NCBI RefSeq assembly: GCF_006345805.1
Contig: NC_043023.1
Span: forward strand, 3,224,001 to 3,288,000
Length of the DNA: 64,000 bases
Reading direction: 5' to 3'
DNA from: Octopus sinensis
Taxonomy: Eukaryota
Below the pieces are notes generated by a model. The model did no database searches and was not told the DNA's origin. It saw nothing but the letters and a program-made list of their open reading frames with translations. Within the stretch, counting starts at the first letter, position 1. Every line of letters begins with the position of its first letter. A program made the translations under genes and the position numbers. Shown piece after piece: positions 40,019 to 51,770 of this stretch.

Positions 40019-40398
40019 CTAGCAGTATCGCCCGGCGTTGCTCGGGTTTGTAAGGGAAATAACTATAAAGCATTTTTAGAGAGTTATAGTCAAAAAATAG
40101 CAAAAAAATGGTGAAAAAAATGATGGTAAATTTTTTTTTTGAGAGTTAAAAAGGTCGAGTTGCGTCCCCTAGACCATCTGTGGTTTGTGTGTCTGATTGT
40201 CGACCCCACGTCGAATTTATCGATCTTTTCCAGAACTGGGGGAAACTTTTCAAAATATTCGCTGCGTTAGTTTTGAATTATGACATTGGGCTATGTGTGT
40301 GTCAAGTTTCATCAGAATCGGTTGAAAGCCGTGGTCAGGGTGAGGGTACAACCTAACAGACACGCACACAGACAAACTGCCGTTTATATATAGAGAGA
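40019..40398 (-). mobile_element. Chimeric non-autonomous Helitron (family A 5' end, family B 3' end)
   Basis: The 5' half matches 27116 and 59258. The 3' end CCCTTACAAACCCGAGCAACGCCGGGCGATACTGCTAG matches 62561-63262 and 53176-53482. Confidence 0.85.
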
Positions 40399-40399
40399 T

Positions 40400-41947
40400 A
40401 CTCTTTTACTCTTTTACTTGTTTCAGTCATTTGACTGCGGCCATGCTGGAGCACCGCCTTTAGTCGAGCAAATCGACCCCAAGGACTTATTCTTTGTAAG
40501 CCCAGTACTTATTCTATCGGTCTCTTTTACCGAACCACTAAGTGACGGGGACGTAAACACACCAGCATCGGTTGTCAAGCAATACTAGGGGGACAAACAC
40601 AGACACACAAACACATATATATACATATATATGACGGGCTTCTTTCAGTTTCCGTCTACCAAATCCACTCACAAGGCATTGGTTGGCCCGGGGCTATAGC
40701 AGAAGACATTTGCTCAAGATGCCACGCAGTGAGACTGAACCCGGAACCATGTGGTTGGTTAGCAAGCTACTTACCACACAGCCACTCCTGCGCCTATAAT
40801 GAGTTTATTAATGTTTTTGTTATGTATTTGTAATATGGGAACTCCTCCATTTATCAATTTGGTTAGTGAAATTATATTATATATCTCTCTATATATAGGC
40901 GCAGGAGTGGCTGTGTGGTAAGTAGCTTGTTTACCAACCACATGGTTCCGGGTTCAGTCCCATTGCGTGGCACCTTGGGCAAGTGTCTTCTACTATAGCC
41001 TCGGGCCGACCAAAGCCTTGTGAGTGGATTTGGTAGACGGAAACTGTATGTATGTGTGTGTGTGTGTTTGTCCCCCTAGCATTGCTTGACAACCGATGCT
41101 GGTGTGTTTACGTCGCCGTCACTTAGCGACCGATAGAATAAGTACTGGGCTTACAAAGAATAAGTCTCGGAGTTGAGTTGCTCGAAAAAAGGTGGTGCTC
41201 CAGCATGGCCGCAGTCAAATGACTGAAACAAGTAAAAGACTGAAAGACTGAATAGATAGATTATATTTATTATTTTTTGTGTTAATAATAGTATTTATGG
41301 GAGGATTATATAATTTGGTTTTTTATGTTACGGTAGATCATGGTCAGATGATAAGATTTATAAAAGTTTTAAATGTTAATAAAAGGAATGAAAATTTATT
41401 GTTAGTATTACATATTATTCCTTTATTAATATTTATTTTGAATATTGGATATATTAGAGGTATTGATTTTTAATTATTAGTAAAATTAGTTTATGTGAAA
41501 ATACTAGGTTGTGGGCTTAGAGAAAAAGTTAATTTATTTTACTATCTCTCTCTTTTCCCTGTTTCCGTTATTTGACTGCGGCCATGCTGGAGCACCGCCT
41601 TTAGTCGAGCAAATCGACCCCGGGACTTATTCTTTGTAAGCCCAGTACTTATTCTATCGGTCTCTTTTGCCGAACCGCTAAGTGACGGTGACGTAAACAC
41701 ACCAGCATCGGTTGTCAAGCAATGCTAGAGGGACAAACACAGACACACAAACACACACATACATATATATATATACCTATATACGACAGGCTTCTTTCAG
41801 TTTCTGTCTACCAAATCCACTCACAAGGCATTGGTCGGCCCGGAGCTATAGCAGAAGACACTTGCCCAAGATGCCACGCAGTGGGACTGAACCCGGAACC
41901 ATGTAGTTGGTTAGCAAGTTACTTACCACACAGCCACTCCTGCGCCT
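40400..41947. mobile_element. Three SINE family A insertions in the NUMT (40400-40796 minus, 40897-41250 plus, 41548-41947 minus)
   Basis: Full or nearly full SINE A copies separating nad4, trnH and nad5 pieces. Confidence 0.9.
41478..41544 (+). tRNA. trnH: NUMT pseudo-tRNA-His(GUG)
   Basis: Acceptor TAGTAAA/TTTACTA, anticodon arm CTAGG-TTGTGGG-CTTAG, between nad4 and nad5. Confidence 0.9.
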
Positions 41948-41986
41948 ATGGGTAAATTAAAGTTAGAAATTTTTTTTAGTATTATG

Positions 41987-42715
41987 TTAACCCCTTACCC
42001 AACAATTATTTTGAAAATAAATGTATTTTTTCAGACATATTTTTTAATTGTTTTATTTTACTATGTTTTGAATGGTGATTTCGAGGTATATTTCAAACCT
42101 TATTTATTATGAATTTTAATTCAATAATATTGATTTTAAATTACCGCTTTGGGCAGAAACGAGTTAACCCGTTTTTTTCATAAATCATATTACTTTTACA
42201 AAAAATCATGTTATTTTATTTGGTTATCTTATTTTCCAAATTGAGAATGAATGATCAAAACATGATTGTTTACTTCTGTTGATTTTATTACTTCAAAACT
42301 CTTCTGACGAACTTTCACTCTCATCAGATGTATCCAACCCTCCAAGAGAAGCTTCATAATCGCTATCATCATCAGAGCTCGACATGGTGGGGTTATAATA
42401 TAAAGGTATAAAAAAAACAACGTAAAAACAAAGTGAACACTTCTATTCATAAAATATGCCTTCCAACCCTTCGACTGTCTCCAGGTGACTAAATCGTACT
42501 CGGTCTTCAATGCCTTACTCAAGCGAAAGGTGGCAGAAATCGTCACTGCCAGACGTATAAAGTGAGCGAATATACTCGTATATGTCAAAAAAGAGTTTAT
42601 AATAGACGAAGGAACTCGTTTGCTGTCGATTTTGGCGAGTCTATCTTTTGACGAGTTAACTCGCCAGAGATAGAAAAAAACCATTTCGGTCAAAACGCAT
42701 ATATTCGTTTCTGTC
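41987..42715 (-). mobile_element. piggyBac-like remnant inserted in the nad5 NUMT
   Basis: TTAA-CCC left end, palindromic GACGAGTTAACTCG and GCGAATATACTCG subterminal motifs, and a minus-strand acidic start MSSSDDDSDYEASLGGLDTSDESESSSEEF*. Confidence 0.5.
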
Positions 42716-43393
42716 AGTTTCTTTTATATTTATAATTACATTTATATATTTAATTTTAAATAATTATTGTTATATTATTTCATGGGAAATTTTTAATGTA
42801 ATTGGGTTATTTGTTGAATTAGATGTTTGTTTAATTGAGTTGTAGTTTTATTCCTAGGTTTGTTAGTTTAATTTTAGGATGAGATGGATTAGGTTTAGTA
42901 TCGTTTTGTTTAGTAATTTATTATCAAAATAATAAATCACTAAGTGCAGGTATATTAACAGTATTAATAAATCGGATCGGAGATTGTTTTATTTTGGCTG
43001 GAATTAGGATTATGTCATTATTGGGACATTGAAATTATTTATGTATTTGATATTTTTGATTTATTGATATTTGTATAATTTTTGTGGTTATTGCTGGAAT
43101 AACTAAGAGGGCTCAGATTCCTTTTAGAAGTTGATTACCTGCTGCTATAGCAGCACCAACTCCAGTTTCAGCTTTAGTACATTCATCTACTTTAGTTACA
43201 GCGGGGGTATATTTATTAATTCGGTTTTATAATTATTTAGTTGAAGTAAATTATTTTTGTAACTTTATAGTGTTTATTTCAATTATAACTACTTTTATAT
43301 CGGGGGTTTGTGCTATTTATGAATACGATATAAAAAAAATTATTGCTTTATCGACTTTAAGACAATTAGGGGTTATAATAATGTCTTTGGGGA

Positions 43394-43666
43394 TGTAGCG
43401 TGTGCGCGATTTGAATACAAAGGCACCTACCTTCTCTTCTTAGTGATGGAGACCCTCCAACGGTAACTAGTCCTTCCACACAGCCCCGACCCAAACACTA
43501 ACGATAGCAGCTGCTAGCCCTAACCCTTAGCGACGTCCTCACACATCTTGTCACCTGCACGACCCACGTTGGAAAGGCCCAATTGCCCGTTCCCTGCACA
43601 CGCCTGACGGCTGACCCCTTCCGGTCAACGCACCCAGCTGCTGACGTCATCCCACAGGGGATAAAG
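43394..43666. mobile_element. GC-rich insert in nad5, possible LTR fragment
   Basis: Starts TGTAGCG. GC-rich against the AT-rich nad5, and the nad5 frame resumes after it. Confidence 0.4.
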
Positions 43667-45024
43667 ATACCTATATTAGCTTTGTTTCATTTATATACTC
43701 ATGCTATATTTAAGGCTTTGTTGTTTTTATGAGGGGGTAATATTATTCATTGTTATTGTGGTGCTCAGGATATTTGAGATATTAAAGGAGTTAGGTATAA
43801 TTTACCTTTCGCTAGGATTATTCTTCACATTTCGAATATGGCGTTATGTGGGTTTCCATTTTTAGCTGGGTTTTATTCAAAAGATTTGATTATTAAAATT
43901 TTATTGAGTAGAGATATAAATATGTTGATTGGTATATTTGGCTTATTTGGGGTGTGTTTAACTATATTATATTCAATACGTATATCTATGTATGTAGTAT
44001 GAGGAGATGTAAAAAGAGGAGTGTATGAAAATATGGAGGATATGTGTGTGTGTGTGTGGTCCCCCTAATTTAGTATTTCAGCAAAAGATATCACTACAAT
44101 TAGTTCTAGGCTTAGAAATAAGTCCTGGGGTCAATTTGTTTGAAAAACCCCAGTCAAATTGCTGAAAGAAGTAGAAGCACATCTATGTGGGCGTAATATT
44201 ATTCATTGTTATTGTGGTGCTCAGGATATTTGAGATATTAAAGGAGTTAGGTATAATGTCCCCCACCCCACCCGCCATACACCTCTGAATTTCTTTCCTC
44301 ATATCGTCCAGAAAAATTAATATTCTTTTAAACGAAATTTGCAACAAATATGCTTCAGATGTTGTAGATTATAATTAGATTGAAATCTATTCTAAAAAAA
44401 AAAAAAAAAATTGATATGTTTGCACACACACACACACGCAGATATAACATTTTTTATCAAAACTTTAAGTTTCAATTCATGATGTGTATGTAATTAGGTA
44501 TGTGTGTGAGCCCACAAATTTTGTTAACGTATTAAATTCTGATATAATTTCACCTTCACAATCCGAATGATATTTGTAGAAAATTTCATCAAAGAAATAT
44601 CCATTTCTCCAAAAGTTATGAGGAAATAAAGCTGACTGATGTGTATTTTCCAAAACTTTTCACCCCACCCTCATAAAACATTTTCACAACAAATTCCAAA
44701 ATATCCATTAATATCCATTTGTGAGAAAGTTATGAGTAAAGAAAGGTGTGTGATTTAAGGGAGATCTGCCTGTTGTTTCTAACACATCCCATTCTTGTTT
44801 CTTCCTCACTGTAACATGTATTAATGTTTTTCAATAGTTTTATTCCCATAAAAACATTTATGCTATTAAAAACAAATTAGTTTGAAAATTTGATTTTTGG
44901 GGGGATTCTCGTTTAAGTACCCCATATAACCACTCATAACCTTTTTACTTTTGGAATTTTTTTAAAATTCAGTACATTTTCAGTAAAATTTTTTAAAATA
45001 GTTTCTTTTCTTTTTATCTTTCAG

Positions 45025-45076
45025 AAACTAAGTTCCTTTTTTGAAACTTCCCTTTGCATCAAGCCACAACTACAAG
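45025..45076 (+). other. Probable 5'UTR exon of the small membrane-protein gene
   Basis: Long polypyrimidine tract plus TTTCAG acceptor, AAG|GTATGT donor, no ATG. Confidence 0.5.
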
Positions 45077-45541
45077 GTATGTCCAAAAAGAAGAGACTCT
45101 GTTGTTAATACTGGTTTGTATAGTAATAAAAACACAAGATATATGTTAAAGATTATTTCGTAAAATTAAGGTGAACATCAGTAATATATCGATATGCTAT
45201 TTTCTGGCAGTGATTCTCTTAAATTAATAATTAAGATAATATTTCATTTTATGATCCAGAAAGTGAAACACCATGCTGTCTTTTCAATAATCATATTAAT
45301 TTGTGTGTGTAGCAAAAATTTTCTGAAATTATAAGGACTGTTTAAACTAGGATTCTACCTGGAAGGCCACAATTATACAAATACCTCTAATTTGGTATTT
45401 GTTTTCATTCAGCAAGAAGAAAGAAAGAGACAAAAAATGCAGTTTCTTTAGTGTTGTATAGTAACTGATAAAACTCAAGAAAAAGGGGGGAGGGAGCAGA
45501 AACAGTACAAAGTTTAAATCTGTCTCGCTTCAAATCATACA

Positions 45542-45775
45542 TTAACCCTATTGATACCAACCTGGCCAAAACCTGCTCTGGCTCTGTAGTACAAACATCT
45601 TGTTTTCTTAAAGTTTTGAATTAAAATCTTCTTCCAAACCTTTGTCACAATTTATGTTACTAACACTAGCTAAATGGTAACTAAGTTATTTTTCTAAATT
45701 CTTTGTTATATTTAAAATTAATTGAAAAACAAACACAGAGCATCTCAACAGAAATATGGTAACGAAAAGGGTTCA
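45542..45775. mobile_element. piggyBac-type MITE
   Basis: TTAA-CCCT...AGGG-TTCA. Related pieces at 45856-45912 and 48880-49143. Confidence 0.7.
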
Positions 45776-46911
45776 AGACAGTCAGTCAAATGTGTCTTCA
45801 ATTTGCACAAAATTTGGCTGCTATTTCTAACAAGTGAAACAAAATCTGCAAATTTACCCTTTTGATACCAACCCAGATAAAACCGGCTCTGGCTCTGAGT
45901 ACAAATGTCTTGTGCAGGTAGCATGTGCAGGTAGCCATTTCTGGCCGATAGCTGTGAGCAGGGATGTGATCCAGGGCCCTAGGGTGCCAGAAATCTCCAA
46001 TGTGCACACTCGACCATAAACCCACCATCCCACAAAGATTTCTTTCCAAAAATTTTCCTCAGTAAAAATCGTTATATCATCTTTCTGTGTATTCATTTTT
46101 CATTTCATCTAGTTTCAGCTCACGAGCTGTGGCCATGCTGGGGCACCGCCTAGTTTTAATTTAGAGTGTACCACTTGAAATAGGTATCACTATGAATTTT
46201 TGAAAATATTTAAATCTACTTTTTCTTTTTTTTTTCTTGGTGAAATGAAATGATGTGTGATATAAGGAAGATTTAGCTATTGTGTCTTGCACATCCCACA
46301 GACACTGTATACCTTTCACAGAATAACATATAGACGTAGATTAAAGAACAAACAAAATGTGAAAACTAATTCCTTATTTTAAGCATTAAAAACATAAATT
46401 CAAGACATTATCAATATCTGTAACTTACTGCAAACTCATTAGGAGATGTGGAGAGAGAGAGAGAGAGAAACAACCCAAAATAAATATGTAAATACTGACA
46501 CATATTCTGACTATTCAAAATCGGATGAAAAATTTACACCTGAATTTAATAATTTACAAAATTATATATATTACACAACATGGTCTTTATTGGCAGAATT
46601 TTACCAATATTTCTCAAAGAAAACCCAAATTTATATGTACGACAATATTTGCCCAGTTTGCCTAATGGTCCTCCAAATGTTAAAAACGACATTCTCCACA
46701 CAACGATTTCATGCTAAGTTTCGGCTAAGGAAGACTTATTAAACTCAATTCAGGGCAAGTTTTGTGTAGAAATATATGTTTACTTAATAATTAGTTTGTC
46801 CATTTCTTGGTATTCTGGCACCAACTTCAGATTTGAGGCTTGGATGTGTGTTGCGTCTGACCTCTCACCACATCTGGATACATCAGTTTCACAAGTAGGG
46901 TGAGCTGGAAG

Positions 46912-47110
46912 AAATGTTAGCACACCGGGCGAAATGTGTAGCCGTATTTCGTCTGCCGCTACGTTCTAAGTTCAAATTCCGCTGAGGTTGACTTTGCCTT
47001 TCATCCTTTCAAGGTCGAAAAATTAAGTACCAGTTACGCACTGGTGTCGATGTAATCAATTTAATCCGTTTGTCGCCTCTGTGTTTAGCCCCTTGTGGGT
47101 AGTAAAGATA
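46912..47110 (+). mobile_element. SINE family B
   Basis: CCGGGCGAAATG...GCCTTTCATCCTTTC...GTAGTAAAG. Confidence 0.8.
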
Positions 47111-47287
47111 TATATAGTATTTGAAATAGTTAAGAATAAGATCTCCACTGCCAGAGTCTCGACCATAAATCTATTAAAGAGTGACTGATGATATTGTGAC
47201 TGTTTGTTTTTCTCAACCTGACCAGCAGTGGACCCTGGGTTATAAGCCTTGTTAGCTTACAGCTTTTGAAACTTATTTTTTCAGATC

Positions 47288-47333
47288 ATGGGTATTTGGA
47301 ACTTGTTCTGCTGTATGTTTGCAATATTTGTCG
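47288..47333 (+). CDS. Coding exon 1 (signal peptide MGIWNLFCCMFAIFV) of a small single-pass membrane protein
   Basis: Acceptor TTATTTTTTCAG ending at 47284, ATG at 47288, hydrophobic stretch, phase-1 donor G|GTAAGT. Confidence 0.75.
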
Positions 47334-47978
47334 GTAAGTTTTATTTTAATTTTATTTTTTCCATAACTTATTTTTGTTAAGGCAAACTTAGTCAAGAGCA
47401 CAGAGGTCTGGAATAGGTCACTCACATAAGGAGGATTTTCTTTGTTTGGACAGGGATTTTTCCAATTTTGTTTTTAGCAGAGCTTTAGAAATGATGCATT
47501 TTATGGAAGAAAATTTAGAAGTTTTTGATTTTCCATCACAATCCAACTTATAAATTATCTACCTCATTAACAAATTATATACAGAACCTCAGGTCCCAAA
47601 ACATTCCCTATATTCTACCCTGGTGAATTAACAGTGAGCCCTCACACCCACCCACCCCATACAACACTAATCTTGGCACTGTGTATGAGAATCATCCACT
47701 ATCTTTCAAAACCACAATCCCTCATCATTTAATAAATTTTCAGATGTAATCCTCTTTATCTTGTAGTTTTGACATTTTGATGATGTGATTGTTTATTTTT
47801 AGACTGACATTGTAGGGTAGGTGTGAGAGGGTGGATGTGGCTACTTCAAACATAAAACAGATATGGCTGGTTTAATCCTTTAGCAATCAGATTACTGTGA
47901 AATATAATGTTCTTTTATTCACCTTATTTTGAATTATATCATCTTAAAATCAAACATTTTTGAGTTCATTTTTTACAG

Positions 47979-48017
47979 GTTTGACAAATGCATATACTGA
48001 TGAAATCACCGAAAGTG
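47979..48017 (+). CDS. Coding exon 2 (39 nt, GLTNAYTDEITES)
   Basis: Acceptor TTTTTTACAG, donor G|GTAAGT, phase 1-1 and in frame with exons 1 and 3. Completes the signal peptide (..GLTNA). Confidence 0.75.
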
Positions 48018-48609
48018 GTAAGTGGATTAACAAACCTTTTCTCTCCAAGACATTACCTTTTCAATTCTGTCTTGTATTTCTTTCCCTTAACTCATAACTT
48101 TTAGCCAATCTTTTGATTTTTGATTTCTTTAAATTTCTAATTTGACCTTTGAGAAAGGCTAAAGAGCCAAAAATGCACATCAGGGAATGTACTGCAACAG
48201 TGGTTTTCGACCAGGGTCATGATGGTTTGTGGGGGTCCATATAGGACTGACACCTTCAAGTTTGTTATGGATCCAACAAGCCACAGCATTGTGGTGAACT
48301 CCATTCCATGCATTGGCAAGGCTTCTATTGCTTCATGGCCCTCCTAGCACTCAGGTAATGCTCACCTCTCTCACCCACCTTTCAACAAACTGATTGCAAG
48401 GCAGCCCTTACTTCTCCCCCCTGATTTTCCTCTTTAAGTGAAACCTGAAAAAGATTATTAAGGTTTTGACAAAAAGACAACTGCCGGTCTTTAGCCCTTT
48501 CAGCAATGTCTACTATATGATCCCCTTTGCCCTGGGCCTCAAGCAAATAAAAACTGGTTGCATTTCCTAGTTGAAGGAAAGTAGAGGGGCCATCTTCACA
48601 AGGGACTCA

Positions 48610-48880
48610 GCTGATAGTTACTCTTTTACTTCTTTCAGTCATTCGACTACGGCCATGCTGGAGCACCGCCTTTAATCGAGCAAATCAACCCCAGGACTTA
48701 TTCCTTGGAAGCCTAGTACTTATTCTATCGGTCTCTTTTGCCAAACCGCTAAGTTATGGGGACGTAAACACACCACCATCAGTTGTCAAGCGATGTTGGG
48801 GGGACAAACACAGACATACAAACATATACACACACATACATATATATATACATATATACGTTGGGCTTCTTTCAGTTCTG
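48610..48880 (-). mobile_element. SINE family A (3' part)
   Basis: Homology to the other copies. Confidence 0.8.
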
Positions 48881-49149
48881 AAAGGTGGAAGATTTTAATT
48901 CAGAACTTCTGAAAACCAAATATTTGTACTCAGAGCCAGAGCTGGTTTCAGCCGGGTTGGTATCAAAAGGGTTAAATATAACAAAGGATTTAGTAAAATA
49001 ACTTAGTTATCATTAAGCTAGTTTTGGGAACATAAACTGTGACTAAGGTTTGGTGGAAGATTTTAATTCAGAACTTCTGAAAATCAAATATTTGTACTAA
49101 AGAGCCAGAGCCGGTTTCAGCCGGGTTGATATCGAAAGAGTAAATTTGC

Positions 49150-49560
49150 AGATTTTGGCACAATGCTAGTAATTTCAGGGGTGGGGCTTATTATATCGAC
49201 CCCCAATGCCCAACTAGTACTTACTTCATTGACCTCAAAAGGGTGAAAGGCTAAGTTGACCTCAGTGAAATTTGAGCGCAGAATGTAAACAGGTATCAAA
49301 TGCTGCCAAGCATTTTGCCTGGCATGCCAATGGTTCTGCAATGGTTTCAAATTTTGGAACAAATCCAGCAATTTTAGCGGGGAGAGGGTAAGTTGATTAC
49401 ATCGACCCCAGTGCTCAACTAATAATTATTCTATTGTCCCTGGCAGGATGAAAGGTAGAGTAGACTTTGGCAGATTTTGAACTCAGAACATAAAGATGGA
49501 CAAAATGTTGCTAAGCATTTTGTCTGGCATGCTAACAATTCAGCCACCTCTCTGCCCTCC
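49150..49560 (-). mobile_element. Two degenerate SINE family B copies
   Basis: GATGAAAGG and ATCGACCCCAGTG motifs. Confidence 0.65.
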
Positions 49561-49585
49561 TAATTAATAATAATAATAATAATAA

Positions 49586-50140
49586 ATGCCCTGATGCAGT
49601 CCCAGGCAGTGGCTCTCATGACTTCTGATCTTAACTGATTGCAAGTGTTATCATGTACATTGTTTTGTCTTGGTACAAAAGATGGGCTACAGCAAATATT
49701 CTGCTCAATACCACAGATTTGCTTGTCAGTTGTTTGACGTTAACCAGTTGAGCATGTCCCTTAGTGGCTGACGATATGTGCATCTCTGATCACGAGCAGA
49801 GGTAGTGGGGGAGCATCATAGCCATGTGTTGAAAGGAATTCTTTGAGGGTTGAATATTTCACCTCTGGAAACATGGGTGTTTCATTCAACATCCTTAAAC
49901 AATCCTTATTCAGGGACCTTTTGAGTGGGATGGGTTACTCGACCAGAAGAAAATTCTAACTGGGTCCCACCTGCAAGGTCATGCGCTGTTTATCTTGATA
50001 TGAGATCACCATGTCGCGCACACATGGTTGTGAGGCATGTGCCTGGTGTACCTTTATCAGACGGGTAGTCATGATGGGTATATTGGGCTTTGTATATTTT
50101 ACCCCAGTGTCACCTTGATGGCATGTACTGCTCTCTCACT
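49586..50140 (-). mobile_element. Unclassified ~560-bp interspersed repeat
   Basis: Third copy of the 12027-12580 family. Confidence 0.8.
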
Positions 50141-50168
50141 CAACAACAACAACAACAACAGCAACAGC

Positions 50169-50206
<38 letters not shown>

Positions 50207-50522
50207 AAGCAGCAGCAGCAGCAGCTGCACATATATTTTCATAATATTTACACAAATTCAAAGTTTGTAACTTGACAATTTCAAGGTTTGCTGTATTAGA
50301 TTTTCTTTTCTGTTTTGAATTGATAAGTTTTGATAATAATCCCTGGCGGGATATTTTTATAGTTCAAAGAATGGATTAGTTAGTTTCATTACCTAGGATT
50401 ATCTGTCAATTGTACTATCTAATTGTTATAGAAATGAGTGACATTTTCCAGTTAATCATGAAGGTTGAATTTGAAGAGAAAAATATTATTAATTGCAAAA
50501 ATTGACAGAAGCCCTGCTTTTG

Positions 50523-50730
50523 CTATATAACCCTTCTAAATCATGGACTGATCTGTTGACCTTGCATTTCTGTGATAGAATAAGAAAGTCAAACCCCGTT
50601 GCATATCCTATATAACCCTTCTAAATCATAGACTTATCTGTTGACCTTGCATTTCTGTGCTAGAAGAAGAAAGTCAATCCCCTTTGCATATCCTATATAA
50701 CCCTTCTAAATGATGGACTGATCTGAAGGG
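50523..50730. repeat. 85-bp tandem repeat, ~2.4 copies
   Basis: CTATATAACC anchors at 50523, 50608 and 50693. Confidence 0.9.
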
Positions 50731-50776
50731 GATTAGCTAATCTTTTAAATATAGTCGTCTCGGATACTGGTGTGTG

Positions 50777-51339
50777 TTAACCTATTCCTTACCATATTTC
50801 TGTTGAAATACATTGCTTTTGTATGAAGGTGCATGGCTCAGCGGTTAGAGCATCAAGCTTACGATCGTGAGGTTGTGAGCTTGAATCCCGGACCAGGCTG
50901 CATGTTGTGTCCTTGAGCGAGACACTTTATTCCACGTTGCTCCAATTCACTCAGCTGTAGAAATGAGTTGCAACGTCACTGGTGCGAAGCTGTATCGGCC
51001 CCTTTGCCTTTCCGTTGGATAACATCAGTGGTGTGGAGAGGAGAGGCTGGTATGCATGGGCGACCGCTGGTCTTCCATAAACAACCTTGCCCAGACTTGC
51101 GACTAGAAAGGTAACTTTCTATGTGCAATCCCATGGTCTGTGTTGTGACCGAAGTGGGTTCCTACCGACCGTATGAATAAATTTTGAAAATTATGAAGAT
51201 TTTAGTAAAATAACCTTGTCATTACCAAGCTAATGTGTGCAACATAGTGTTACTGGAAATTTTGATGGGGACTTTTCCTTTAGATCACTTTAAATTGGAA
51301 TTTGTATAATAGAAACGAAAGTATTTTTTAATAGGTTAA
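50777..51339. mobile_element. piggyBac-type MITE interrupted by a tRNA-derived SINE D (~50823-51165)
   Basis: TTAA-CCTATT...AATAGG-TTAA. The insert has head GAAGGTGCATGGCTCAGCGGTTAGAGC and core GTGTCCTTGAGCGAGACACTT. Confidence 0.7.
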
Positions 51340-51411
51340 TATGAAAATGGTCAAGCTTGGGAGATATTACTATTTTTTATTAAAAACAAAGGCTATATAT
51401 TTTTGTATTTA

Positions 51412-51670
51412 GGAATGGTCATTTTGCCTGTTTAGCCAATAAAAACACACGCACTATATATTTGGTGTTACTTTGCTTCAGCGTTATTTAATTTTTACAT
51501 TAATCTTAATCTTATTTCAGCCAGAGTTCTTTCGTCACACTCCTGTGACCTCATCAGTGGTCCTTTGCTTTCTTCTTTCTTATTTGTGTGTCTCTCCTTA
51601 GCAACGGTCAGCCATTTTGTATTTTGTATCTCTATTTTTTATTGGCTAAACTGGCAAAATGACCATTCCG
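51412..51670. mobile_element. Inverted-repeat-bounded element carrying a minimal hammerhead core (51521-51560, minus strand)
   Basis: ~35-bp inverted ends GGAATGGTCATTTTGCC.GTTTAGCCAATAAAAA. Internal CCA-CTGATGA-GGTCACAGGAGTGTGAC-GAAAGAACTC-TGG. The same insertion is present at 63868-64000. Confidence 0.65.
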
Positions 51671-51770
51671 AAATACAACAATATCTGTTTCAGCACACGA
51701 TTTCACATCAAAAATCTTGTAAAACAAATATATAAATGTAGCTGTATATTTTATTGTTCATCAATTGCAG

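Larger units (their letters stand above)
35196..41473 (+). pseudogene. nad4: NUMT: nad4 in five pieces (35196-35285, 35871-36299, 39814-40017, 40796-40885, 41252-41473)
   Basis: [87 protein letters not shown]. Confidence 0.95.
41948..44042 (+). pseudogene. nad5: NUMT: nad5 in three pieces (41948-41990, 42716-43395, 43667-44042)
   Basis: [105 protein letters not shown] (TGA=Trp, AGA=Ser, ATA=Met). Confidence 0.97.

Noticed and set aside
33193-44257. Real mitochondrial genome mis-assembled into the scaffold
   Set aside because: The genes carry deletions and frameshifts and are interrupted by many nuclear TE families at clean junctions, which fits a nuclear pseudogene.
46446-46742. 98-aa ORF near the membrane-protein gene
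   Set aside because: It starts in a (GA)n microsatellite, has no splice signals or recognisable motif, and lies within the predicted intron.
50823-50900. tRNA genes at SINE heads (also 10666, 28330, 29188 and others)
   Set aside because: They have A/B-box-like motifs only, no complete cloverleaf, and continue into SINE bodies.
51659-51770. ORF-track start MTIPKYNN... (and 63877 in the paralog) as the N-terminus
   Set aside because: The ATG lies in the inverted end of an intronic repeat. A strong acceptor at 51770 and in-frame upstream exons explain the real frame.
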